From the NCBI GenBank assembly GCA_964291265.2, contig OZ219747.1:416001-480000 (forward strand): a stretch of 64,000 nucleotides of DNA. Reading direction: 5' to 3'. The notes beneath the pieces are model-generated. The model saw only the letters and a program-made list of their open reading frames with translations. It had not been told where the DNA came from and did not search any database. A program made the position numbers and the translations under genes. The stretch comes from Alphaproteobacteria bacterium. GTDB taxonomy: Bacteria > Pseudomonadota > Alphaproteobacteria > SP197. Numbering within the stretch: position 1 is the stretch's first letter; each line of letters starts with the position of its first letter. Of this stretch, positions 20,925 through 31,165 are shown one piece after another.

Positions 20925-23282
20925 TCATAAATCGTGCAGGGCGCGGTCATGTCCTTCCGACGTCGGATCCAGATCGAGGGCCTCGAGCAGGCATTCATAG
21001 GCCAGGGCAGCGGTGGCCAGTCGCGGATAGCCATGCCACATCGTCTGGTTGCCCGGCGCCGGATCATGCTTGCGGTCCAGATACCCGCCGAGGATCGCCA
21101 CCAGCTTCACCGCCGCCCCCAGCGTGTCGGGCGGGTCCAGCCGGTATCGCCGGGCATAGTCGCCGAGGAAGCGGAGTTCCAGGTCCGAGAACAGGCAGTC
21201 GGGCTTCATCGTCGGCACATCCCGCCCGAGCAGGGTCATCAGGGCAAGACGCCAGGCGATCACGGCGTGGATGGTGATCTGCCGTTCCAGGCGGCAGGCC
21301 TTGCGCGTCGCCAGGTGCTCCACCCGGCAGCCGGACTTCAGCACCCGGAACCAGCATTCGATCCGCCAGCGCAGCGCGTACCAGCCGACGATCTCCTGGG
21401 CCGCTTCGGCGTGGTCCACAGGAAGGTCGGTCAACAGGAACCATTCCACCGGAGCTTCCCCGGCCGGCGGGGCCGTCTCGAGGAGATGCAGCGCGGTCAC
21501 GGCCACGGGCGCGGCATCGGGGCAGCCAGCGGTCGCCGGCAGCGTGGTCGACAACCAGCGCAACTCCAGCACCGCGTTCCGCCGGGCAGTGCGGCCGGGC
21601 TGCTTCTTGCGCCCCGAGGACTTCGGCCGGGCCGTCAGGCGGGGTATGTCGATCTGCATGGTGCCGCGGCAGGCAGACGTACGTAGTCGGGTGAACAGCT
21701 TCGCAGCCCCGCGCTTGAGGACCCGGTCATGTCGAGCCCGCACCAGCATCGACAGACGGCGATGCTGCCGGCACCGGTCGAACAGTTCGAAGAAGTCCGC
21801 TTCCCGGTCCATCACGCACACGACCTTCACCCCGGTCGTCCGGGCCGCGAGGTCCGCGATGTCGTCGAGACCGTCGAGCCAGCGCTGCGACTTGCGCCGG
21901 GACATCTCGACATCCTCGCCCGAACCGGTCTTTGCCCGGGGGCGGGGAGGAGCGTCGAAGGCAAGACGCGCCACCCCCAGCGGCAGGCCTTCGCCGCTGA
22001 CAACGTAGCTGGCGTGCAGGTGCAGGCCCAGGGTCTGCGAGGCCGTCTGGTTCGTGCCGATGATGCCCAGACCGTCGCAGCCCGGACGGGTCGCGAAGTT
22101 CAGGTCCGTCCCGTCCTGAATGCACAACGCCACCCGCTGGCCGCACATCCGCTGCACCGTTCGTTGACGGTGCGGCGCCAGGATGTTCGCCGGGGTCACC
22201 GCCGACGTCTCCGGCTGATCCAGGAACCGATAATAGGCCCGGACACCGGCAGGATCCGGGCGCGCCAGACCGCTGTAGGACGACATCGGACTCTCTCCCT
22301 GTCTTCGTGCAATCTCCACCAGGCGCGCACTCAGACGCCGGTCGCCGATCGGCGCTCCCCCGAACTCGTGGTGCGCCCACGCCGAGGCGTCCAGACCCTC
22401 CCCCGGGGACAGGGCCGGCATCGGCTCCGCCACCCCCAGCTTGTGCCGCCAGTCCCGGTCCAGAACGTACATGTACACGGCCTTGACGCTCTCGGCCATC
22501 TCGCGCGCGCGGTCCTGACGGCCTCGGCCCCGGGTGAACCCCACGAGCTGCCAGTTCGCCGCCCGCAGGCTCGCACCGTCGCGCGTCGGGTCGACATAGG
22601 TCTCGACCAGCCATGGCAGGAACCCGTAGCGCTGCGCAACATCGGCGCCCAGGCGAGACAGGCACATCGACAGCGTCTTCGACGCAAGGTTCGCAACCGG
22701 CACCCGGATCAGAAACCGGCTCATCGACAGCACCCGGTGTCGCTCCGCACGACGCCGGTCGGCATCCCAGCCGATCCAGGCATCCCGATCCGCCACCTTC
22801 AGCGCCGCTGCGGCAAAGCCGAAACCGCCGAGACAGCCGTGAGCGGAATCCACCAGATAGCGCAGCTGATGACCGGCCAGAATGGGAGCGCCGAGAAAGT
22901 GCTCCCGCGCCATCAGTTCGTTCCAGAGCGCCCGTTCGGCATCCGTGCGCACCAGCAGGATCCGCAGACCCTGGATCGCCGCCACGCTCGCCGGCACATC
23001 ACGCGGCTTCTCCACCGCCTCGCCGAGCCGGCGGGGCGTTGCCCGACGCCGCTGACCGGAGGGCTCCGGCAAGCCCTCGATCCTGCCCTGCGATGCCAGC
23101 TGCTTCAGGGCCACGACACAGCTCGATACCCGCTCGCGTCCCCGTGCGTCCCGCAGGCCGAAGTGCCGGCACACTTCCAGCGCCAGGCGGTTTTGACTAC
23201 TATCGCCGCTCTCGGTGACGATCGACTGCAGGCGATCGAGCTGGTCCTCGAGGACGCGTTTGATCGGAATGTGTGCTTCCAT
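20925..23282 (-). CDS. IS4 (IS50-like) transposase with N-terminal DUF4338-like domain
   Basis: RDAWIGWD, SRFLI, NLAS, ETYVD...GASLRAANW...G.TRGRGR; IQDGTDL, MDREAD, Y.LRWRIE..FRVLK. Confidence 0.9.
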   Translation of the reverse strand: MEAHIPIKRVLEDQLDRLQSIVTESGDSSQNRLALEVCRHFGLRDARGRERVSSCVVALKQLASQGRIEGLPEPSGQRRRATPRRLGEAVEKPRDVPASVAAIQGLRILLVRTDAERALWNELMAREHFLGAPILAGHQLRYLVDSAHGCLGGFGFAAAALKVADRDAWIGWDADRRRAERHRVLSMSRFLIRVPVANLASKTLSMCLSRLGADVAQRYGFLPWLVETYVDPTRDGASLRAANWQLVGFTRGRGRQDRAREMAESVKAVYMYVLDRDWRHKLGVAEPMPALSPGEGLDASAWAHHEFGGAPIGDRRLSARLVEIARRQGESPMSSYSGLARPDPAGVRAYYRFLDQPETSAVTPANILAPHRQRTVQRMCGQRVALCIQDGTDLNFATRPGCDGLGIIGTNQTASQTLGLHLHASYVVSGEGLPLGVARLAFDAPPRPRAKTGSGEDVEMSRRKSQRWLDGLDDIADLAARTTGVKVVCVMDREADFFELFDRCRQHRRLSMLVRARHDRVLKRGAAKLFTRLRTSACRGTMQIDIPRLTARPKSSGRKKQPGRTARRNAVLELRWLSTTLPATAGCPDAAPVAVTALHLLETAPPAGEAPVEWFLLTDLPVDHAEAAQEIVGWYALRWRIECWFRVLKSGCRVEHLATRKACRLERQITIHAVIAWRLALMTLLGRDVPTMKPDCLFSDLELRFLGDYARRYRLDPPDTLGAAVKLVAILGGYLDRKHDPAPGNQTMWHGYPRLATAALAYECLLEALDLDPTSEGHDRALHDL

Positions 23283-23294
23283 GCAGGGCAGGGT

Positions 23295-25742
23295 CAGACG
23301 TCCTGACCTCGTGAGTTGACTTGATCCGTCCGGACCTTCTTTTTTTCCAACACAATGAACGGGTTTCCCAGTTTTTTGCTTGACACCATAGCCGTGGGGT
23401 GATCCAATATAACATGACGCCTATATTGGAGCATTCCAGGCCATGAACACGCTCGCAATGCACCCTCCCGAAGCCGTCCAGATCGGAACCTCGTGCTTCT
23501 CCCTTGCCGACCTCGACGGACAGACCGTCTACTTCTCGAACATGGAGCCCTTCGACTGCCACGACGAGGGCGACCGGCCGGCCATGCTGCTGCGGATCGC
23601 CAGGTTCGTCAGGCACGGCGTTCCTCAAAGAGACCTGCAGGCGGCCTTCGACGTGAGCCGCGCGACCGTGCAGCGGGCTTATGAGGAAGCTCCGGGACAG
23701 GGGTGAAGCGAGCTTCTACGAGCCACGCAAGGGCCGTGGTCTCAGCGTGATCACAGGCGAGACGGCAGCCGCGGCGAACCGTCTCCTGGCCGAGGGCATG
23801 AACGCCGCGGCACTGGCCCGGGAACTGGGGATCGCGAGATCGACGGCGTACTACAACCTCAGCAACGGCTTCATCGGCGGCGGAGAGCGGCCGCAGGCGG
23901 CGCAAGTCGACGAGGCCACGCGATGCCCGGACGATCTTCTCGGCCGCGGCGAACGGGACCGTCGCGACAGGGTCGCGCCGATGGGGCGCGGCGCGCGCGA
24001 CAGCGCCGGGCGCGTCGCGGCCTCGACGGGAGCCATGAGCGAAGCGCCGCCGCGCTTCGACGAGCCACTCTCGGCGGTCGCCGGCGGCGGCGTCCTGGCG
24101 GCGCTGCCGGCGCTGCTGAAGGAGGGTCTCCTGGAGCACGCGGACAGGTTCCTGTCGCTGCCGAAAGGGTACTACGGGCTGACGAGCGTGCTTCTCATGC
24201 TCGCCTTCCTGTTCATGGCCCGGATCCGCAACCCCGAGGCGCTGCGCCACGAGGCGCCCGGGGAACGGGGTGCGGTCCTGGGGCTCGACCGCTGCCCGGA
24301 GGTCAAGACGCTGCGGCGCAAGATCAGGGCGCTGGCGAGCGACCCGCAGCGGGTCCGGGACTGGCAGGACGCGCTGGCGAAGGACTGGATCGCGGAGGCG
24401 CCGGATGTCTGCGCGACACTGTCGGTGGACGGGCACGTGAAGGTGTATACCGGCCGCAAGGGTCGCCTGCCGAAGTACTTCGTGTCACGTCAGAAGCTCT
24501 GTCTGCCGGCCTCGACAGGCTATTGGGTCAACGCGCTCGGCGGCCGGCCGCTCCTGTGCCTGCACAAGGACCTCGATCCGACCATGACGCACGCGCTGGA
24601 GCACGACATCCTGCCCGCGCTGGAGCGGCTCGGCCTGCCGGGGCCGGAGGCGCCGGACCTCGCCAGGGGAGAGGCGGTCGCGCCGGGGCTGACGCTGGTG
24701 TTCGACCGCGAGGGCTGGAGCCCGGCGCTGTTCGCCCGCCTCGCCCGGCGCGGGGTGGCGGTGATCACCTGGCACAAGGGGTTCCGGAGCGATCCCTGGC
24801 CACAGGGAGAGTTCCGCACGGTCCGGGCGCCGCTCCACTCACCAGGTGGCGTCCGCACCGCCGAGGTGCGGCTCGCACAGAGACGGATCACGCTGTCCGG
24901 CGGACCGCAGGTGCGCCAGATCCGGCGTCTTCTGGACAGCGGCCGGCAGGTGCCGCTTGTCACCACGGACATGCACACGCCCATGGAGCGGGTCGCCGGC
25001 GCGCTGTTCTCGCGCTGGTCCCAGGAGAACTTCTTCAAGTACATGCGCCAGGAGTTCGGCCTCGACACGCTGGCCGTGCACGGCCTTGTCGAGCAGGACC
25101 CCGAAGCGCGCGTCGTCCATCCGCACTGGCGCCGCTGCGACCGCCGCATCCGCCAGCTGCGCCAGAAGCTCGGCACACTGCGCAACCGCGTCGCCGACCT
25201 GCTCAAGGGCGCCCCGTCCGACACCGCCATCACGGCCGCCGCGACGCTGCAGGACAAGATCGTGACGCTCGACGCCGAGCACGAGGCGCTCAAGGTCCGG
25301 CGTTCAGAAATCCCGAAACATGTCACCGTGGCCGAGCTCGACGAGAACGACAGGCTCGACGCCCTGCCCTCCAGCGAGAGGCTGCTGCTCGACATCGTTC
25401 GCATGATCGCCTACCGCGCCGAAACCTGGATGATGGCCGCCGTCGCCCAGGCCCAGGGCGCAAAACAGCGTCCGCGACGCCCCCTCGCCGAACTGTTCCA
25501 GTCGGACGCCGACATCATCCCCGATCAGGAAAACCGCGTCCTGCGGGTGCGCTTCCTCGGCACCGCCAGCAACGCGCGCGACGCCGATATCGCCGGACTG
25601 CTCGACGAACTCAACCAGACGCGCACGACCTTCCCAGGAACCGACCTGCGCATGATCTACGAACTGCCAGACAACCCAGCCAAACTCGGCCCAGAAGCAT
25701 CAAACTGATTGGACAAATTCATAGCCGAGGTCAGGACGTCTG
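23295..25742 (+). mobile_element. Unclassified IS, copy 1 (2448 bp)
   Basis: Perfect 17-bp IRs CAGACGTCCTGACCTCG; 5-bp TSD AGGGT (23290-23294, 25743-25747). Confidence 0.93.
23443..25708 (+). pseudogene. Putative DDE transposase of copy 1, with a 1-nt frameshift near 23678
   Basis: VDGH, VFDREGWS, RWSQENFFKY motifs; copy 2 is in frame across this point (GCGGTGAGG versus GCTTATGAGG here). Confidence 0.85.
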
Positions 25743-26480
25743 AGGGTGCACCATCCGAATCATCTTGTCCAGCACGATTTATGACCCAAGAGTAGGCCTT
25801 GCCAGCGACCCTCCAGCAGGAATCACCGCCATCCTCGAGACCGACGTCAGACTGTCGGCGCCCGACATCCGGCTCCCTTCCTGCGGCAGCCCGCGCAACG
25901 CCGGTCCGTGACGCCTCGAACCCTTCACGGATGGCTTTGTCTTCCCCGCAACGGGGAACGGATCACGCTCGCCGATGGGAATCCTGCGGCATGGACGCCT
26001 CTGCAGTTGACGTTCCTTGCCAGGGAGAACGACTGGAAGGCGATGCGCCGGGTATCGAGCTTGCCCGCGATGTCCCTTCGCAGCTGCTCTCGGGCCCTTA
26101 CACAGACGCCGGGACCGGGAGGCAGGGATATCGGCGATCACATCCGATCGGCTCCCATCTCCGTGCATCATCCGCCGGGCGCCTGCTCGATGGGACGTGA
26201 CGGCGATCCGGCAGCGGTCGTCGACCGGATCCTGGAAGTCCATGGAGCCACGGTCCTGAGGGTCATCGATGCCGCGTCATGCCGCGCCTCGCGAGCGTCG
26301 GCGTCAACGCCGCTCCCATCGCCGTGGCGGAGCGTGCAGCCGGCCTCATTCCGGACAATCCGCCGCTTCCTCAGGTGGCGGAGATCATTGCGGATGGCGG
26401 AGGGCATCCTGTAGGCTCAGGCTCCCTGATCCGGCCCCCTGCCCTCCGGGGAACGGATTGACCTGACGAGGGAGATCCCC

Positions 26481-27527
26481 ATGAAGCAATCCGCAAGAAA
26501 GTTCATTGTCGGGCTCGCGGCGGGAGCCGTCATGGCGTTCGGCGTCATCGGGGCCGCAGTGGCCGACGACGTCACGAGCATTGCGGTTCTCGTTCCTGAA
26601 CAGGGCACGGATTTCGGCTGGAACCAGCAGGGTGTCGATGCCGCACGCACCGTCGCGGACATGCACGGCCTCGACTTCATGCCGGCAGAAGGTCTGGGCT
26701 ATGGCGACGTCCGCCCCACACTGCGCGAACTCGCCGAGGACGGCGCCAGCCTGATGATCGCCCACGCCAGCGGGTACAACACGGCGGCCCCGGAGATCGC
26801 TGCCGAGACCGGTGTGCCGGTGGCCATTGTCGACAGCCCCGATGCCATCCAGGAGGGCCTGGTCGCAGACTACACGCTCCACGGCCACGAAGGAGCCTGG
26901 CTCGCCGGGGCCATGGCCGCGATGATGAGCCGCTCGGGAACCGTGGGCATCGTCGTTTCCGGTGAACCGCCGTCGTGGAATTCCCAGTCCGCCGGGTTTG
27001 CCATGGGCGCCCGCGCCACAAATCCCGACATCAACATCGTCTACGCCGTGATCGGCCCGGCCGCCTACGGTGATGTCGCCGGTGGACGCCGTGTCACGGA
27101 GACGGTGATTGCCGCAGGCGCCGATATCATCTTCGGACAGGGGAACGGTTCCAGTTTCGGCATGATCCAGGCGGTCGAAACGACCGCAGCCGCGGACGGT
27201 GGCAAGGTGTGGTTCATCGACGTGATCGGCGACAAGACATCCCAGGCCGCCAGCCACCTCCTCAGTTCCGTCCTGTGGAACATGGTTCCAGTCTATTCCG
27301 CCATGCTCGAAGACCTCAAGGCGGGCACCTTCGGAACCGTGGGATACAAGATCCAGCTGGCCGATGATTCCGTCCAGTTGCTGAAGACCGACAACATTCC
27401 GGATGAAGTCTGGACGGCGGTCATGGCCAGGCGCAATGACATCCTCTCCGGCATGATGATCGACCTCATCACGGATGCCCGGAAGGTCCGTGCACTGATG
27501 ACGTCGATCGATATCGGCAAGGACTGA
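26481..27527 (+). CDS. BMP family ABC transporter substrate-binding protein (nucleoside/purine type)
   Basis: Signal peptide, D.GWNQ.G, E..WLAG..AA, GADII; RBS GAGGGAG. Confidence 0.9.
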   Translation: MKQSARKFIVGLAAGAVMAFGVIGAAVADDVTSIAVLVPEQGTDFGWNQQGVDAARTVADMHGLDFMPAEGLGYGDVRPTLRELAEDGASLMIAHASGYNTAAPEIAAETGVPVAIVDSPDAIQEGLVADYTLHGHEGAWLAGAMAAMMSRSGTVGIVVSGEPPSWNSQSAGFAMGARATNPDINIVYAVIGPAAYGDVAGGRRVTETVIAAGADIIFGQGNGSSFGMIQAVETTAAADGGKVWFIDVIGDKTSQAASHLLSSVLWNMVPVYSAMLEDLKAGTFGTVGYKIQLADDSVQLLKTDNIPDEVWTAVMARRNDILSGMMIDLITDARKVRALMTSIDIGKD

Positions 27528-27571
27528 ACCGGGACCTGCGTCAAGGGTCACACTGCCAGGAGCAGCGACGG

Positions 27572-29173
27572 GTGGAACCTGGTCCGGTCGGTGCGCCTGA
27601 CGGCGATGCCGCCCTCACGCTTCATCACATCACGAGGCGATTCCCCGGCGTCCTCGCAAACGACCGGGTGTCGCTGGTCTTCCGGCGCGGCGAGATTCAT
27701 GCCCTGCTGGGCGAGAACGGCGCCGGCAAGTCCACGCTCATCGGCATCGTTTCCGGCATGGTGCGCCCCGACTCCGGCTCCATCGAAGTGGCGGGCCGAA
27801 TGGTGCGAATCACGTCGCCTTCCGCCGCCCTGCGCCTGGGTATCGGCACGGTTCATCAGCATGTCCTGCTCGTCCCGAGCCTGAGTGTCCTCGAGAACCT
27901 GATGCTGGGAAACCCGTGGTGGCACATCCTTGACCGTGCCGCGACATCCCAGCGATTCGCCGAACTCGCCGAACTGCTCTCTGTCAGGGTATCGCCGGAT
28001 GCTCCGCTGAGCAGGCTCTCCCTGGGAGAACAACAACAGGTCGAGATCATGCGCGCCCTGTGGCACGGCGAACTGGTTCTCTTCCTCGATGAACCAACGT
28101 CGATGCTCACGCCCCAGGGCGTCGACGATCTCGGAGTCGTCATGCGACGCCTGCGCGACCATGGTGTCGCCATCGTCTTCATCACCCACAAGCTGAAGGA
28201 GGCCAGTGATCTCGCTGACCGCATATCGGTGCTGCGCCAGGGGCGCGTTGTCGGTGAAGTGACGCCCGTCGAACTGCGCGCCATGTCGTCGGACGCGATC
28301 ATTGAACGCGTCGTGGCGATGATGTTCGGAGACGGCGGGAAGGCGGGGGACCTGCGGGCCACCCTCGTCGGCGACGCCGTCGAACCGCCGAGCCGGCGGC
28401 ACACCGATGCCGGGGTGGAGCCCCTTCTTCGACTCCGTGGCGGACATACTGCCGGAAGGCAGGGCGAGTGCGCTCTCGATGGCGTGGACCTCGAGGTCCG
28501 GCCCGGAGAGGTCATGGGCATTGCCGGTGTCGACGGCAACGGACAGAAACACCTGGCCGAGGTGCTTGCCGGCCAGCGCATGATGACAGCCGGCTCGCTC
28601 TCGCTTGCCGGCCGGGAGATCAGCCATCTCGACGTTACCGGTCGCCGCCGACTCGGGGTGCGCTACATCACCGACGATCGACTCGGCGAGGGAACCGCAC
28701 CGCGCCACTCTCTGGCCGTCAACCTTGTCATCAAGGAAATCGGCTCGCCACGATTCTGGAAGGGCGGAATCACCTCGTGGAGACGTATCCACGCTCACGC
28801 CCGGAACATGATCAGGGCCTACAGCATCGTGGCGCCGTCGGAACGGGCGCCTCTTGCCGGCCTCTCGGGCGGCAACATCCAGAAGGTCCTGCTGGCCCGG
28901 GAGTGGACCGGCGATGCCCGGCTTCTGGTGATTTCCAAGCCGACCTACGGACTTGACCTTCAGAACACGCGCCGGGCGCGGGACTGGATCAAGAACATCG
29001 GCGGCAACACAGATGTTGCAGTTGTCGTCATCTCCAATGAACTCGATGAACTGATCGAGGTGACGCATCGCATCGCGGTGTTGGAGCGCGGCCGCATTTC
29101 CGGCATCGTCATGAACCGGTCGGGCGCCAGGACAGCGATCGGCCGCCTGATGGCGGGAGTCGGGGCTGCCTGA
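27572..29173 (+). CDS. ABC transporter ATP-binding protein (double ABC, nucleoside type)
   Basis: GENGAGKST, LSLGEQQQVEI, LDEPT, GVDGNGQ, LSGGNIQK. Confidence 0.92.
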   Translation: MEPGPVGAPDGDAALTLHHITRRFPGVLANDRVSLVFRRGEIHALLGENGAGKSTLIGIVSGMVRPDSGSIEVAGRMVRITSPSAALRLGIGTVHQHVLLVPSLSVLENLMLGNPWWHILDRAATSQRFAELAELLSVRVSPDAPLSRLSLGEQQQVEIMRALWHGELVLFLDEPTSMLTPQGVDDLGVVMRRLRDHGVAIVFITHKLKEASDLADRISVLRQGRVVGEVTPVELRAMSSDAIIERVVAMMFGDGGKAGDLRATLVGDAVEPPSRRHTDAGVEPLLRLRGGHTAGRQGECALDGVDLEVRPGEVMGIAGVDGNGQKHLAEVLAGQRMMTAGSLSLAGREISHLDVTGRRRLGVRYITDDRLGEGTAPRHSLAVNLVIKEIGSPRFWKGGITSWRRIHAHARNMIRAYSIVAPSERAPLAGLSGGNIQKVLLAREWTGDARLLVISKPTYGLDLQNTRRARDWIKNIGGNTDVAVVVISNELDELIEVTHRIAVLERGRISGIVMNRSGARTAIGRLMAGVGAA

Positions 29174-29174
29174 G

Positions 29175-30224
29175 ATGGGCCAGCGGCACCCTTTCCTTTC
29201 CCCGCTTCACGGGATGATCTCGGTGCTGTTGCCGGTCGTTCTCGCTCTTGCCGTCGGCGCTGTCCTGCTGCTGGCGCTCGGCAAGGATCCCTTCGCCTAC
29301 TACGGCTACGTCGTCAAGCGGGGCCTGTTGAGCCCGACGGGGCTTGAGGCCACACTCACCCGCACGGCGCCCCTGCTGTTGATCGCTGCCGGATTGATCG
29401 TGGCCTTTCGCAGCGGCCTGTGGAACCTGGGCGTGGACGGTCAGCTCCTTCTCGCCGCCGTGGTGACGGCGGCCCTGGCGCCCGAACTCGCAGGCACGAT
29501 GCCATCGCTGCTGATGGTGGCTGTCTGTCTTGCCGTGGCCATGGCGGTTGGCGCCGCCTGGTCTCTCATTCCCGCTTTCCTCAAGGCCCAGTTCGGCGTC
29601 AACGAGATCATCTCAACCCTGATGATGAGCTTTCTGGGTGTCAGCCTCGCCAATGTCCTCATCAAGATTCCTTTCAACGATCCGCTGACCACCGTGCCTC
29701 AGACCGCCACCCTTGCCGTCGAAGACCGTCTCACGCGGCTGGCGGATACCACCATCCACTGGGGGGTGCTGCTGGCGCTCGCCATGGTGGTGGTTGTCCA
29801 CCACGCGATGACGATGACGGCACTGGGGTTGAGACTGCAGATTGTCGGGGCGAACATGCGCACGGCCGTCCACGCAGGCCTCCGGCTGCGGATTCTCGTG
29901 GTGGTCGCCTTCGCCATCAGTGCGGGCCTGGCAGGTCTGGCCGGCGCCGTCGACGTTCTCGGCGTCCACGGCGCCATCCGCGCCGACTGGAACCCAGCCT
30001 ACGGCATCGTCGTCATCCCCCTGGTCTTCCTGGCGCGCTTCAACGGTTACGCGGTCATCGCCTTCGTCTTCGTCTTCGCCGTGCTCGTCATCGGTGGGGA
30101 AAGCGCCGCCCGGCGGCTTGACGTTCCGACGTACTTCGTTCTGGTGCTGGTGGGACTGGTGATGCTGTTCCTGGCCGTCACCGAATTCCTGGACCACCGC
30201 CGGCGCCTGACGGAAAGGGACTGA
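29175..30224 (+). CDS. ABC transporter permease
   Basis: Multiple TM segments; NLGVDGQ, NEIISTLM, LAGLAGA. Confidence 0.9.
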   Translation: MGQRHPFLSPLHGMISVLLPVVLALAVGAVLLLALGKDPFAYYGYVVKRGLLSPTGLEATLTRTAPLLLIAAGLIVAFRSGLWNLGVDGQLLLAAVVTAALAPELAGTMPSLLMVAVCLAVAMAVGAAWSLIPAFLKAQFGVNEIISTLMMSFLGVSLANVLIKIPFNDPLTTVPQTATLAVEDRLTRLADTTIHWGVLLALAMVVVVHHAMTMTALGLRLQIVGANMRTAVHAGLRLRILVVVAFAISAGLAGLAGAVDVLGVHGAIRADWNPAYGIVVIPLVFLARFNGYAVIAFVFVFAVLVIGGESAARRLDVPTYFVLVLVGLVMLFLAVTEFLDHRRRLTERD

Positions 30225-30229
30225 CACCC

Positions 30230-31165
30230 GTGGACGGCCTGCTCAGCGAAGCCTTCATTGCCTCCCTCTTCTTCGGCGCCGTCACGGCCGGAGTGCCGCT
30301 GCTTCTCGCCGGGCTTGGCGAGCAGGTGTCCGAAAAGGCGGGCGTTCTCAACATTGGACTCGAGGGCATGATGCTGGCCGGCGCCTTTGCCGGATTCGCC
30401 GCTGCCCATGCCAGCGAATCGTTCCTTGCCGGTTTCTGTGCCGGAATCCTGGCGGGCATGGCCGCGGCGCTCATCATGGCCATGCTGTGTGTCGTTCTCG
30501 GCATGAACCAGATCGTCGTCGGTATCGCCATCACGCTTGGCGCCGAGGGCGTCACGGCCCTCCTGCACCACGTGCTCTATTCCCGTTCCTATCCACGGCT
30601 CTCCCGGGTCGAGACATGGACCATTCCCGGCCTGGCCGACATCCCCTACGTCGGCGCGGCCCTCTTCGACCGCAACGCCCTCATCTACGTCACCTTCGCT
30701 CTCACCTTCTTCATGATCTGGGTGTTCAGGCACACCCAGGCCGGGCTCAACCTGCAGGCAGCCGGCGATGCCCCGGCGGCCCTCGATGCGGCGGGCGTGA
30801 GCGTGACGATGACGCGTTTCGTTTCGGTGCTCGTGACTGGATGCCTTGGCGGTCTGGGAGGCGCCTACATGGCAACGGTCGGCGGTGGCCTCTTCCTGCC
30901 CTTCATGACCGGCGGCGCCGGATTCATCGCCATCGTGCTTGCCATGCTGGCCCGCGGCAATCCCCTGTGGGTCCTCTTCGGAGCCCTCCTGTTCGGCTCC
31001 AGCCTCGCTCTCACCACCGCCCTGCAGGTGGCCGGCGTCAACATCCCCACCGACGTCATCCAGATGCTGCCCTTCGCCATGGTGATCGTGGTCCTGCTGC
31101 TGTTTGCCAGGCACAGCTACCTGCCACCGGCACTGGGGCTTCCCTATCGGCGCGGAGCGCGCTGA
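30230..31165 (+). CDS. ABC transporter permease
   Basis: SEKAGVLNIGLEGMML, GFIAI, P.ALG.PY. Confidence 0.9.
   Translation: MDGLLSEAFIASLFFGAVTAGVPLLLAGLGEQVSEKAGVLNIGLEGMMLAGAFAGFAAAHASESFLAGFCAGILAGMAAALIMAMLCVVLGMNQIVVGIAITLGAEGVTALLHHVLYSRSYPRLSRVETWTIPGLADIPYVGAALFDRNALIYVTFALTFFMIWVFRHTQAGLNLQAAGDAPAALDAAGVSVTMTRFVSVLVTGCLGGLGGAYMATVGGGLFLPFMTGGAGFIAIVLAMLARGNPLWVLFGALLFGSSLALTTALQVAGVNIPTDVIQMLPFAMVIVVLLLFARHSYLPPALGLPYRRGAR

Larger units (their letters stand above)
20914..25795 (-). mobile_element. IS4 family element B, interrupted in its left end by a nested IS
   Basis: IRs CTGCCTATTTGTCATAAATCGTGC / CTACTCTTGGGTCATAAATCGTGC; 8-bp TSD GCCTTGCC (20906-20913, 25796-25803). Confidence 0.9.
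17580..26414 (+). pseudogene. GMC oxidoreductase (choline dehydrogenase-like) pseudogene in three pieces: 17580-18276, 20652-20913, 25796-26414
   Basis: Degenerate motifs AIVGG..RVLVVETG..HIPLGW, EVIVPCGGIDS..LMHSGLG..LPGV...LQDH, HHPPGACSMG..AVVD..LRVIDAA; many frameshifts; split by two IS4 elements. Confidence 0.85.

Noticed and set aside
18280-23282. Druantia defence system
   Set aside because: Only the DruA-type domain, fused to transposases; no DruE helicase or other subunits
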